A stretch of 64,000 bases of DNA, taken from assembly GCA_002104905.1 (NCBI GenBank), contig MCFE01000040.1, forward strand, positions 62,001 through 126,000. The letters are read 5' to 3'. Positions 13,244 through 25,700 of this stretch are shown piece by piece. Under the pieces are notes generated by a model, which was given only the letters and a program-made list of their open reading frames with translations, was not told where the DNA came from and did no database searches. This DNA comes from Basidiobolus meristosporus CBS 931.73. Taxonomy: Eukaryota > Fungi > Basidiobolomycota. Each line of letters begins with the position of its first letter. Positions within the stretch are counted from its first letter, which is position 1. A program made the translations under genes and the position numbers.

Positions 13244-14149
13244 TATAGTGGGATGACAGTGACACCCACTGACAGATGTGCTCATTCCTTTATTTTCTAC
13301 TTCCCTATATCTCTACTACACTTATTGTAGTTACCCTTCACTTTATGTAAAAATACTAGCTATAAGTGCTTCTATATTAGGCAAGTACCCGCACCAGTAC
13401 CCATGACACATGATCCGCCTGTGTCACCATCCCTACCATTTACATACCATATATGGTATCCCTATGTTACACAGGCCTCAGAATACTGATTCCTGATTGG
13501 TTGGATGTGCTGTGCCTCTTAGAACCTTCTGGCACCTACTTAGAACATTCTTAGGTCATTCTGATGTCATTGAGATTTCTATTGATATCTGGAACCTTCT
13601 GGAACACCATGATTAGTGTGATCACTGCAACCTGATGCTACCTGCTGCTACCTCAACTTCCAACCCTAGACCACAGGACACTCCCCGGAAACTGCGCTGA
13701 CAGCCAACTGACCTTGGAGGCACAACTTGTGAGGAATACTCAGAGTAGGTATCTTTTATTATATTTGATTCTTTCCCAAGTTTGTTCTTGTACAGGCAAA
13801 GATACTTTTCTGTCTTTGTAACTATTGACCACTGCTGCATTTCTATCAAGTCCCTGCTGGTTGAGTTTATAGTTGTTTTGACTTTGGAAACTTTAGTACA
13901 TTGTCATCTCAAAGTACGCTGAACCCAGCACATACTTTTGTTAAGACACCAACTAAGTTGGGGATTGTAGCTCAATAGTGTCCCTTGACAAGCTTGTGGC
14001 TTTATTCCCCTTCACATTAGATTAGAGACAGAACCCAAGTATTCCTAGTAAGCTTTTGCCAGAGGTTATTGCACCCAGTAAACACCCCACACACAAAACA
14101 CTTAAGAAGTGCTGGACGTATCTCACCCTTGGACCTATACACCACCACA
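13244..14149 (+). repeat. Solo LTR, family L2 (cognate of the gypsy at 47.3-54.1 kb)
   Basis: Homologous to 37715-38785 and 52969-~54145. Starts TATAGTGGGATGACAG and ends CACCACCACA. 4-bp TSD GCGC/GTGC. Confidence 0.85.
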
Positions 14150-14229
14150 GTGCCAAAACTTTTTTATGATGCTTACTATGGTGGTTCATAATTGAATCCT
14201 TCATTCATATGGGTGCAATATCTCAGATA

Positions 14230-14780
14230 TCAAACAATCCTAAGCTCACATGAGTATTGACAAAGATGTAGCATAATAGTGTCACATTGTTGGGTATCAA
14301 GCTGTTCACCTGATGGACAAGACTACTTGGACTCAATGCAGTCAGAGAAGAAGGATATGACCTTGCTGCTAATGTAACAAGCCTCTCAGCCACAAAGTAC
14401 ACCGACAGCACAGGTACTATGACAGGGTTTACAGCCAGTGTTTTGGCATACAAGTAGCATTTATGTATTTGCCCTATGAGAGATAATTGTGATGATACTG
14501 TCAAAAGGCTGTGACAAAATTAAAGTTGCATGACTAAAAGGTATTGATCCCATCTGGACACCTTGCAACGACTGTTGAAAAAAATAATTGAATCCTAGAT
14601 TTCACAAGAAACTTGAACAAAGTTTCTCATCACAGCAATACATAAGTGGCTTTGAATGGTCCTCTGACAGTTCTCTCACTTCTGATCCTAGACACTCAAT
14701 CACCTCCTACATTTGTGTACATTGATTGGCTATTGCCCCTTTTTCACGCTCCTTACTTCTTGACTCATCTGTTTCTCTTA
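14230..14780 (-). repeat. Fragment of unclassified repeat Y (linked to family X)
   Basis: Similar segments at ~43150-43340, ~54700-55080 and flanking copia A (7100-7265, 11909-12130). It is collinear with X at 43-44 kb. The true reading frame is uncertain. Confidence 0.5.
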
Positions 14781-14814
14781 CATTTCATGAATACTGTTGT
14801 ATCCAAGAGCAAAG

Positions 14815-15900
14815 TGTAATAAACTATTGAATGAGTTAACTGAACCTAAGTGACAACTAAGTGCATAATGTTAGAATTGTTAAGAGTGACAGAAATATTG
14901 GTAGAGTAGTTCTGGTCTAACATTGGTCTTGTATATAGCTGAGTTGGTTTGCTTTGCAGGCTAGGCTTGGTGTTCTTGGGAGTGCTAGATATGCTAGGCC
15001 TGGGTAGAAACTAGAACAGAATTATTGAATTCTTAATCTTACAGAGGCACAATCTCAATTTTGTTGAGACACACACTAAACCAAAAGGTTTAGTAGACTT
15101 TATTGATATTTTCTGATCTAGTTGAGTTAGTAAGTGCCAAGAGACTGGACTAATTGAAATCTTTTGGGGTGCTCATAGGTGCATAGGAGAAATGAGAAAT
15201 TGCACATTAATCAGCTGATATCTTGGCAACTACTGAGTGGTTAGATAGATCTCAGAGGACTAATCACTTGGAAAGGCTTAGCAGATCAGTTGAGGACATA
15301 ATGACTATGTGAAAATTGATCAGGTGTGACAGCTAAAAATATATTCTGAGCTGTGATAGAATAAACCATGACTAGGATTAGTTATGTTTGGGTTAAGGAA
15401 AATCAGTAAGGGTACAAGGTTTTCTAATGCAGTAAAATAGGCCAAGTTTTAAATGTTGATGCACAACATCACTTCCTCCCAGCAGAGGAGTTTTCTGATA
15501 TTTTCTGGGTTTGCCTGCAGCTCCAATACTGATCAATGATGGCAACATCATCAAAGTTGGTGTAAGGTTCACAGTTGTTGTGTTTGGCATCGAAACCCTT
15601 CCACTTGACTAAGTAAAGGCAATATGATTCTTCTCCATCATGGTCGGCAATAGCTTCAACTTCATAGGATTCTGAAGTAACTGGGTCTTGAGATATAAGC
15701 TTGAGTGAAGAAGGTGGAAAGTTTTTGGGTAGCAGTGCTCCAGTACTGTCCTAAAGTGCATAAGGTCCTCCAGTGGTACATCTGAAAACCTTGAATGGGC
15801 CTTCATATTTGGGGTCAAGTTTAGACTGTCAGATTTGATTTAGTGTCATGACATATGACCCATCTGGTTAGCTGCTGTTCCTGTGTCTTGAGGTGTATGT
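14815..15900 (-). mobile_element. Chromovirus (chromodomain Ty3/gypsy) 3' relic with probable 3' LTR (~14815-15468)
   Basis: The minus frame reads SKLDPKYEGPFKV (GPF motif), then SYEVEAIADHDGEESYCLYLVKWKGFDAKHNNCEPYTNFDDVAIIDQYW (chromodomain), then PPT GGGAGGAAG and TGTTG. The left LTR boundary is tentative. Confidence 0.8.
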
Positions 15901-16549
15901 TTAAGTCATCTTTTACTGTGTGGCCTTACTTCTGGCACTAATAGAAGGGTAGACAATGTTGGTAAGGTACCATGTGATTCCATAATGTATTCTTGGCATT
16001 TATTTCCATGGGTGTTGTCTCATTGCATATTGGGATTTTCTTTGCTCATGCAGGGTACTGCTGTTAGGGGAGATAGGCTCACAATCCATCAGTAAGCCTG
16101 CTTCTTCAAAGCCACCACTCTGAGTGCTATACTCAGAAGGCTGGGGTGAGCCTAAAGGCAACACAAACTCACCTGACTCAGTTTGTGCTAGGTGATAAGT
16201 ATGGCCAGGTGCTGTTGTAGAAGTATCAACCGGCTTGCTACAATAGCCACATGATCTTTTTTCTTCTCTTACGGTATTGAATCAAAATAGTCTTTTCATG
16301 GGGCAAACAGTTTAACAATCAACAACATAATGCTATCAATATCCCAGGTAGAGAAAGCAGTATCATTACTGCAAAGAAGGAACTCCAGTAGCTCAATGTC
16401 AAAGCCAAGAATTGAGCCATTAGACTTGTTCTGTATGATAGTGATGGACTGATCTGGCAAACTAATTTCTACCATAATGCAGTGGTAGGATGTAGTAACT
16501 GGTTTATTACTTAATATTAATTTTGTTGCACAGAGCAGTGAATCTCTTG

Positions 16550-17435
16550 CTTTATTTCCACTTCAAAATTCTCAAGGCACATTTCTCTCAGTAAATATCC
16601 TGCTATATGAATATATTATGCATTAATAAGTAGCTTAAATATTTTACCTAATGTGCTGTTTTCTCCTATATATGACTTTATTCTGTATTCCCTGTCAATT
16701 TGCTGAATCTTGCTAGATATCCAAATGATTGCTCTACTTTCACTCCAAAATGACTAAATACCTCATTGTAGAGCTTCTGCTTCCTACTAAGCACACCATT
16801 CTTTGGCTTCCTACAAGCTACAATACATCCTAATCTCTGATAATCCTCTTCTATATAGGCCTAATCTGCCATATATTTCTCCCCTTCACTAAATTCTGGA
16901 TGATTCTCAACCCAGAGTGCTTTGTCATGCCTACCTCCAGCAAGTAGCCCACAGAGCTAGACAATGTCACCCTCAAAGTCTAACAGTGCTTGAAATTTCA
17001 CACAGAGTGCCTTGTATTTGCCCAAATAATAGTGCCTCTGCCCTCCAGAAGTTCTGTTTATCCTACCTGGGAAGGTATACAAAACACTCCTGATATAAAA
17101 ACTGTTGCTGAAAACTCTGTGATGTTGAAATCTAATGGAGCTTCTGAACCTAGCATTCCAAGCTTGCTCTAAGGCATTCATACAGTCTCTAAGGTGGTGC
17201 TCCATTGCTGTCATCTGGAAATGAGAACTTCCAGGACTTTTTTGCCATGGATGGTGGGATGAAACCTTTTGGGGCACTAGTTCTTGTGACAGCAGAGAAG
17301 CTTAAAAATGGATCTCCATAAGTAAATTGGGATAGATGTACAGTACTTGGAATAGATCTCCTCTAATGTGTCAAATGGAAATTCAGTTATAGCAATGGGA
17401 TTGATGAGAGAAGACCATTCAGATGAGTAAGTCAT
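16550..17435 (-). pseudogene. DDE_Tnp_4-type transposase pseudogene
   Basis: YYLGKYKALCVKFQALLDFEG...GGRHD...MAD*AY...RVE motifs. Includes ORF 16957-17277. Homologous to 36017-37273. Confidence 0.85.
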
Positions 17436-17734
17436 ACTAAAATTGATACAGTATTAAGTAAAGGTGATTTGATTTGATTTGGTGCAGTCAGCTTAATTTA
17501 TCTGGTTTTGCATGCATTGTAATTAAATTTCCATCAATTGCCAAGTATTCCATCAGTATGTTGCAGAAATCATCCTCAACAATGACTTGGTGATTTTATT
17601 GAAGATTCACTCACAAGTCTATAATCAAATAAGTAAATTGCAACTGATGTGATCTGATATGTGTCAAAGCAATCCAAGATGCATCACATAAAAAATATGT
17701 AAAACCAACATTCACACTAGTTTGTATATATATT

Positions 17735-18442
17735 AGACTTGTTCTGTTGGATAATGCCACATTGAGCCATGAGTGCCAAATGATGCCATAGTGTGTCAGG
17801 GAGGCTAAGTGAACCTATACTTGGCCACAGAGTGTGAAGCATAGCTCTGCAACTTCATGCAAAGCCCCCCCTGTGCTTCACCCATTGTGTTGGAGAAAAT
17901 CCTATTTTTGACTTTTTTTTTAGGTCAATGTTGTGCAGGATGTGTAAGAGCACAAAAGGATTGAAGATATGCATCTGGTATGCAATACCCATGGCACTCT
18001 GAATCTAGCTCCTATGGCATGTAACATATGACAAAAATGCATGGTACTATCCTGGTCCACTGGTACTACTTGGCACTATATTTAATTATCAGCACTAAAG
18101 TAAGATCTATCCAAAGCACCAATAGTGCCAGATAGTACCAGTGGAACAAGATAATGGCATGCATTTTTCAGATTCGGAGTGCCATGGGTATTCAGTACCT
18201 GATGCATGTCTTCAGCTCTTCTGTGCTCTTACACATCCTGCATAATATTTATCCACAATAAAACATCAAAAAGTGGGTTTTCTCCTGCATCAAAGGTGAA
18301 ACACAGGGGCTGCTTTGCATGAAGATGCAGAGCTATGTTTCACACTCTGTGGCCAAGCATAGGCTCACTTGGCCTCTCTGGTACACTGTGGCATTGTTTG
18401 GCACTCATGGCTGAATGTGGCATTATCCAACAGAACAAGTCT
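17735..18442. mobile_element. Foldback MITE sharing the AGACTTGTT TIR
   Basis: 708 bp with long inverted arms. Flanks ATT/ATA (3-bp TSD, one mismatch). The homologous empty site is visible at ~37560-37585. Confidence 0.9.
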
Positions 18443-18900
18443 ATATCATATAAGACCAGGTTGATGCCAATATACTACTGTATAAGTATTGAAATCCATG
18501 ACCATAGTCCCTATACCAAGTCTCAACTTATCTTCAGTATAACCCAGAAAAAACCCATCCCCCAGCTCAACAGCATAGTACAGACCATAATGTTGATGTT
18601 GGATCCATTCAAGCTCTAGCCAAATTATTTTAGTATGGCCCAAGTGTCTATGATAATCCTTCATACAGATATCTGGCCACTACCCATTAAACTAGCAGAG
18701 CTGGATACCTCCAAGAGTCAACAGAGATGAAAGAATCTGAGTAGAAAGCTGCAGCCTTAATTCTGCATCAAGATGCCTGCAGATGTATATAAGAAGTTTA
18801 ATAACAAGACAAATATTAAAATCAAGAATAAGCTGCAAGTGAGGGGACTTGATGAGGAAGCTGCATTCAAACAATTTAGTGTGTAACTTGCACAGTACAT

Positions 18901-19703
18901 TGTGTAGGGCAAACATACCTCCCACAGAAAAGTTCATTTATATAGCCATTATGGTATACTTATCCATATCTTATCTTATCAGTATTATCTCATTCTTCTT
19001 TTGCCCATATGATCAGTATTATCCCCATATGATGTTTACCCTGATTAGTTACTAGCATTAGTTATCCCAGATGTCATTCAGCTCTGTGACCAGTATATAT
19101 ATTCACATAAGGCAAGTACCCACATCAGTACCCGTTGCACATGACCTAGGTCTGTGTTACCATCCCTATCATTTCAATACCATTTATTGTATTTCTATGT
19201 TGCACAGGTTTCAGACTACTGATTTCTGATTGGTTGGATGTGCTGTGCCTTTTTCAACCTTCCAGGACATTCTTGGCTAATTTTTAGCTCATAGTGATGT
19301 CATTAAGAATTCCACTGATGCCTAGAATCTTCTAGAGCCTTGTCATAAGTAATCACTTGGCAATCAGGAAAAGTATGTAATGGAGAGTAATCCCTCATGA
19401 ATAGATCATCCCTTCTATCAGTAACACTTCCACCTTATTGATTCGCAGTTGATCACTGCACCTGCCTTCAAGAGTACATCAGAGACCTGCCATCAAGGAG
19501 CTTTTCAGGGTAGTGCACAAGACACACAGAGGCCTTTGGAGACACTTGGAGCACCTAAGAAGCTAGAGAAGCAGCAGCTTTTACCATAGTGACATATTGA
19601 CAAAGACACCAGCAGTTCAGACACAGAGGTTATTGCACCTATCAGACACCTCACACACCTTGAGTTGTGTAGCTTCTCCCAGGAGTATCTCTACTCCACC
19701 ACA
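18901..19703 (+). repeat. Solo LTR, family L3 (related to L2)
   Basis: 803 bp, TG...CA. Inverted homolog at 39734-40536 of the same length. Flanks ACAT/ACTT. Interrupts ORF2 of the DNA transposon. Confidence 0.85.
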
Positions 19704-21419
19704 ACTTGCTAGATGTGTTTGTTTGTGCCTCAACTCTGGGTACCAAGGAGATTTTGAATGAGCTTTAGTCTCAAATAACTCATGTACTCTATGATATATT
19801 AGTAGTGCTAAGTGGCTTTCAAGAGCAATATACACAGGACTCATCAATGCAACAGTTTCAGAGTATAAGACAGAGAGTTAGTGAATACCTGGTGGAATCA
19901 GAGGGTGAGCTTCAAGAGGAAGCATGCAGACTACAAGAAACTGAGTTAAGGTTGTGACAGCATGCCTTGCTTGACCCCTTACCATCCCCTTCAATGCTGT
20001 CATGCTGGTACACATCAGTCCAATCAAAGTTACTTCTGGTGAACTGACTGACAATGACCCACTCAAAGTGCCTGCATTGCAGCAGCCTTTGGCAAGTAAA
20101 GAAAGCATCAACACAGGGCATCTCAGGCTGGTTCCATTTTATCATCTGGAGCAACTCAGCGAAGTAAAACATTGCACTCAACAATAGGAGGCAAAATACT
20201 GACTACAAGTACACAAGTGGCCAATATGATAGTCACAAGGAAGTATTTCAGGCATGCAAAGTAAATTACTATCAAATGCTGCAGTAGTAATCCCTGTGAG
20301 ATAAAAACCTAGAAGAAAATGATGCAATTGCATTGAATTGCTAACACATATCATTATCCAAACAGCATATTTTTTTTGCAATACAAATTTAGTCATTGCA
20401 AATTAGTGATCATTAGATTTTTTATATAAGTAGTTTTATGCTTGTCTCATATTTTAGTCAGAGTCCCTATAATAAACATCCTGCATATATATATATCATC
20501 TGTAACACAAGTGCAGCTATTTAATCTGATTTGCACCTATATAATTGATTGCATGCAGGCTATGTCACTTTTTCCAATCACTAAGATCAGGGACTTAATT
20601 GCTAAATGAGCAAAGTGGGATGTTTGATGTCAAATCAGGTAGCTTGAGTATTGGTCAATGAGCCAACTGGGGGCTAAATGCTTCTGGATACTCTGAGACC
20701 AATTAATCACTGACTTACAACTCAATTGGAGAGATGGTAACCAAAAATTGTAAGTATCAGTGTAGCTTATAGCATAATTTGCATTTATATCCTTTTACAT
20801 TTAAGAAACATGTCTAAATACCGGCTTGTACATACCACAATAGTGGTATCCAATTGCACACATGTTGCAAACATTGCAAGCTGGCAGCATCATCAATGCC
20901 AACCTCATTGTGTCCAATTGTGCCAAAGTATGCATGATGGTCCCACATGGTGCAAAATTGTCCAAGAGCAATCTTGCCTACAGGCAGCTACAATATTATT
21001 GTTTGTTCTTTGTGACCACAGATTTTGCCACACACCCTAGCATAGTATAATAGAACAAGTCTATTTCCCTGGGTAACTGCAGAAGGACACCATACATTCA
21101 TTGAAGCACAACAATAGTGCCCAAAAAATGCCCACAGAAGAACCTATCACAGCATAGGAGGGAGAAGCTGTACTGTTTATACTGAAGCCTAAAAATCAAA
21201 AGACGTTGAAGATCCATGAAGCCATAGTGCAATGACAAAGAGGAGGCTGATAGTCAAGAAGCCATTAGAAGCCCAGTATGCTGACCCCTAAAGACAGCAT
21301 ACTATGGGACCATCAGGAACTCAAAGCCAAGTAGAATGCACATGTCTTATTCTATGAGCAATATCCTGGACTCAAACAAGCCAACAGATTTTGGGCCAGC
21401 ATTTGTATGCTAAGAGAGT

Positions 21420-22104
21420 AAACCTATTCCATTAGATAGTGCCACATTAAGCCATGAGTGCCAAATAGCACCATTGTGTGCCAGAGAGGTATAGAAGACC
21501 TAGATTTGGCCACAGAGTGTGATGCATAGTTCTTCATGTTAGTGCAAAGTAGCTCCTATGTTTCACTCACTGTGCTGTTGAAAGTCCATCTTTCAATCTT
21601 TTGTTTAAAATCAATGTTGTGCAGGATGTATAAAAGCACTGAAGGACTTGAGATGTCAATCTTGTACTCAATACTAAGGGCGCTCTGAATCTAGCTCCTG
21701 CAGCTTGCAATATGCCACAAAATTGCATGGCAATATTTAGCACTATATTTAAATATTAACCCTAGAGTAAGACCTACACAAAGCACTAATAGTGCCAGAT
21801 AGTGCCAGTGGACAAATATATGCTTGGTTGCTGCCACTTCTGCTGTGAACACCCCCTGAATATCTACAAAGAACTTTTTTGTATTTAGCCATAAGACTTG
21901 TTGCATTGTGCCATTGATCATAGTGCCAGAAAGTGCTGTATATTTTGTTATTAATTTGATATTTTAGGGTCATATGCATGTCAATTTTGATCCCAAATTG
22001 GCACTGTATGGCACCGTCTGGCACTCTGTGGCATGATCAGGCACCATCTGGCATGCTATGGCATTATTAGGCACTATGATCAGCTGGAATGATGGATCAA
22101 GTCT
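21420..22104. mobile_element. Composite MITE-like remnant (MITE arm + family X fragment + different TIR end)
   Basis: Degenerate TIR AAACCTATTCC at 21420, MITE arm to ~21810, X fragment ~21810-21910, and a right end GGATCAAGTCT preceded by a TGGCA array. No TSD found. Confidence 0.6.
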
Positions 22105-22106
22105 AT

Positions 22107-22538
22107 AGACTTATACCATTGAGTAGTGCCACATTGGGTAAAGGGTGCCAAATAGTGCCATGGCTTGCCAGAGAGGCATACCAGACCTAACCCTAGCCAC
22201 AGAATGCAAAACATAGCTCTTCATCTTCATGCAAAGCAGCCCTTGTATTTCACCCATTGTACTGATGAAAATCCATTATTTGACCTTCTTTGTTGGATCA
22301 ATGTTGTGCAAGATGGATATGAGCACAGAAGGACTGAAGACACACAATTGGTACTCAATACCTATGGCACTCTGAAACTAGCTCCTGTGCCTTGTATCAA
22401 GTTACAAAAATGGATGGCACTATCTTGGTCCACTGGTACTATCTGGCACAATAAGTGCTTTTTATAGGTTTTACTCTAGGGCTAATATTTAAATATAGTG
22501 CCTAATAGTACCAATGGACCAAGATAGTATCATGGAAC
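22107..22538. mobile_element. Truncated foldback MITE (left arm and centre)
   Basis: Starts AGACTTATACC, is collinear with 42093-42520, and is cut off by the LTR at 22539. Confidence 0.75.
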
Positions 22539-22797
22539 TGTTGTGATCTACAGCTTGAATGTTTAAGTTTAATTAGTTTTTAGTCAAATCAAGTTATATG
22601 TTTAGCTTATCAGTATATCAGTGTTATATATCAAGTCTGTAACATTAGTCAGCAAATGCACCAGCAGATCCTTATCAGACAAGCATAGATATATTAAATA
22701 GGATCTAATTGGGTGATGATGATGCAATCAAATGAGTCATCAGTTACAACCTACATTTGGAAGTACAATTAGTCAGCAAAGGATCTTGCAAAAATGT
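22539..22797 (+). repeat. 3'-truncated LTR of the young Ty3 family
   Basis: Diverged match to the first ~260 bp of 26594-26961, fused directly to minus-strand gag. Confidence 0.8.
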
Positions 22798-25700
22798 CTA
22801 GGTATTCATCTGTCATATGGAAGGTGAGATCTGAGTCTCTGTCAAGCTCATCCTCCATGTTACTATGCTTCAGTGCTTCAATATGGGTAAAGGTTCTTGA
22901 TGGCTGGTGTCCATTTCTTCTCTGAGGGCAGCACTTTGCAATATGTCCCTGCTGGTGGCAATTAAAGCAAAGTTGTTACTTATTACATTCTTGTGAGTTA
23001 GGATTCTTCTGCCTAGCATCTATTTCCATTGTCACTGCTTCTGGTTATCTTCTTTCATAGTGATTGTAGCCTCTCTGACTAGTCATTGTTGGCTCCCCAA
23101 CTCCAAACATAGCTGAGTCACAGTCAATGGCAATCTTGATGGCTTCTTCAATGGTCTGAGGTCTTTGATAATTCACTTCCTTAAAAGTTCCTTCTTTCAA
23201 CCCATCAATAAAGTATTCAACTTGATCCAAAGGGTCCATTCATTCAATTTGCCAAAGTAAACATCTGTACTCATATATGTACTGCTGGATCATTCCTTTC
23301 TGTCTGAATGTCTAGAACTTTCTTCTTAGTAGTGTCTGTTGGTATGGGGGCTCAAAGGCATCCTGAATTTCCAACACAAACTCATCCCAGGTAGAGATTG
23401 TAGAGCATCCCATCATAGTGGCTGATCAGATCTTGTTGTAGTACCACTGTAAAGCTGCATCTGCCAGGTAAGAGGCTGCATAATGTGACTTGCTCTCTGG
23501 AGCAATTCCCTTAGCCTTGAAAGCTTTTTTAATCTGGAAGAGCCAAGTTTGCAGGTTTTCATTAACTCTACCATGGTACTGGTTGATCTTCACACTAAAG
23601 TTCCTCTTGATAGGGTTTTGCTGGCTTTGGGCCATTGTAGTCATTAGACTTGTTCCATTGTACTGTGCCAGGGCACACGGCGTAATCCATGGTTGTAAAG
23701 AACAATTGGGCAAAATATTATATCTACCAGAAGGCAGGATTGTTCATGGACAATTTTGCACTATACGGGACAATCTTGCACACTATGGTGCAATCTGACA
23801 TAATGAGGTTGGCACAGATGATTGCGCCAACTTGTAATGTTTGCATCACATGCGCAATTGGATACCTCTATTATGGCAGGTAATATCCGGTATTTGCATA
23901 TGTTTCTTTAATGTAAATGGAAATAAATGTGTATCACACTATAAACTACACTGATACTTACCATTTTGGTTACCCTCACTCCAATTGGATGGTATCTCAG
24001 TGGTTAATTGGTCCAAGAGTATCCTGAAGCAGGCAGCCCCCAATTGGCTCATTGACTACTAAAAAAGCTACCTGATTTGCCATCAAATATCCCATTTTGC
24101 CCATTGAGCAAGTAAATCCCTGATCCTAGTGATTGGACAAGGTGTCATAGCTAGCACGCAAGCAATCATGTAGGTGCAAAACAGATCCAATAGCTGCACT
24201 GGTATTACAGATGATGTATATATATGCAGGGTGTTTATTTATAGGGGTTCTGTCTCAAGTGTGAGACAACATTGATATTACATATATCAAAAATTTGATG
24301 ATCACTGATTTGCAATGGCTCAATTTGGATTGCAAAAAAATTGGGTTGTTGGGATCATTATGGATTTGAGCAATTCAAAGCAACTGCATCATCTTCTCCT
24401 GGGTTTTTTTCTCACAGGGATTACTACTGAAGCATTTGGTAGTGACTCACTTTGCACAACTATACTACTTCCTGGCTGACTATCATCTTGGCTACTTGTG
24501 TATTTGTGGTCAGTGTTTTGCCTCCTAGTTGATGAGTGCAATGCTGCAGCTTGGCCGCGCTGAATTGCTCAGAATGCACCAACTGAACCGGCCTGTAGTG
24601 CCACATGCTGATGCATTCTTTTACCTGCCAAGGGCTCCAGTGGTTGAGGCACTTCATGTTGGTCATCATCAGTCAGCTCACCAGAAGTAACTTGCTGATG
24701 GTCAGGCAAAATTGCTTGCGTAGGCACGCCTTGATGCATTGAGTTGGCCCTTGGCTGAGTTCAATGTGATGTTGCATGTTGACACGAAAAAGTCAAAAAT
24801 AGGATTTTCTCCAACACAATGGGTGAAGCACAGGGGGGGCTTTGCATGAAGTTGCAGAGCTATGCTTCACACTCTGTGGCCAAGTATAGGTTCACTTAGC
24901 CTCCCTGACACACTATGGCATCATTTGGCACTCATGGCTCAATGTGGCATTATCCAACAGAACAAGTCTAATATATATACAAACTAGTGTGAATGTTGGT
25001 TTTACATATTTTTTATGTGATGCATCTTGGATTGCTTTGACACATATCAGATCACATCAGTTGCAATTTACTTATTTGATTATAGACTTGTGAGTGAATC
25101 TTCAATAAAATCACCAAGTCATTGTTGAGGATGATTTCTGCAACATACTGATGGAATACTTGGCAATTGATGGAAATTTAATTACAATGCATGCAAAACC
25201 AGATAAATTAAGCTGACTGCACCAAATCAAATCAAATCACCTTTACTTAATACTGTATCAATTTTAGTATGACTTACTCATCTGAATGGTCTTCTCTCAT
25301 CAATCCCATTGCTATAACTGAATTTCCATTTGACACATTAGAGGAGATCTATTCCAAGTACTGTACATCTATCCCAATTTACTTATGGAGATCCATTTTT
25401 AAGCTTCTCTGCTGTCACAAGAACTAGTGCCCCAAAAGGTTTCATCCCACCATCCATGGCAAAAAAGTCCTAGAAGTTCTCATTTCCAGATGACAGCAAT
25501 GGAGCACCACCTTAGAGACTGTATGAATGCCTTAGAGCAAGCTTGGAATGCTAGGTTCAGAAGCTCCATTAGATTTCAACATCACAGAGTTTTCAGCAAC
25601 AGTTTTTATATCAGGAGTGTTTTGTATACCTTCCCAGGTAGGATAAACAGAACTTCTGGAGGGCAGAGGCACTATTATTTGGGCAAATACAAGGCACTCT

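Larger units (their letters stand above)
16422..21062 (-). mobile_element. IS5/PIF-Harbinger-like DNA transposon, copy 1 (decayed, with nested MITE and solo LTR)
   Basis: TIRs AGACTTGTTCT...AGAACAAGTCT. TSD ATT at 16419-21 and 21063-65. Contains a DDE transposase pseudogene and a divergent ORF2 remnant. Confidence 0.9.

Noticed and set aside
21999-22078. Periodic repeats as a CRISPR-like array
   Set aside because: 5-bp motifs with 5-bp spacers in a eukaryotic TE end; no repeat-spacer sizes or cas genes.
22539-22797. This LTR fragment as the missing 5' LTR of element B
   Set aside because: Flanks GAAC and TGTG are not a TSD, and the sequence differs clearly from the 42038-43143 LTR.
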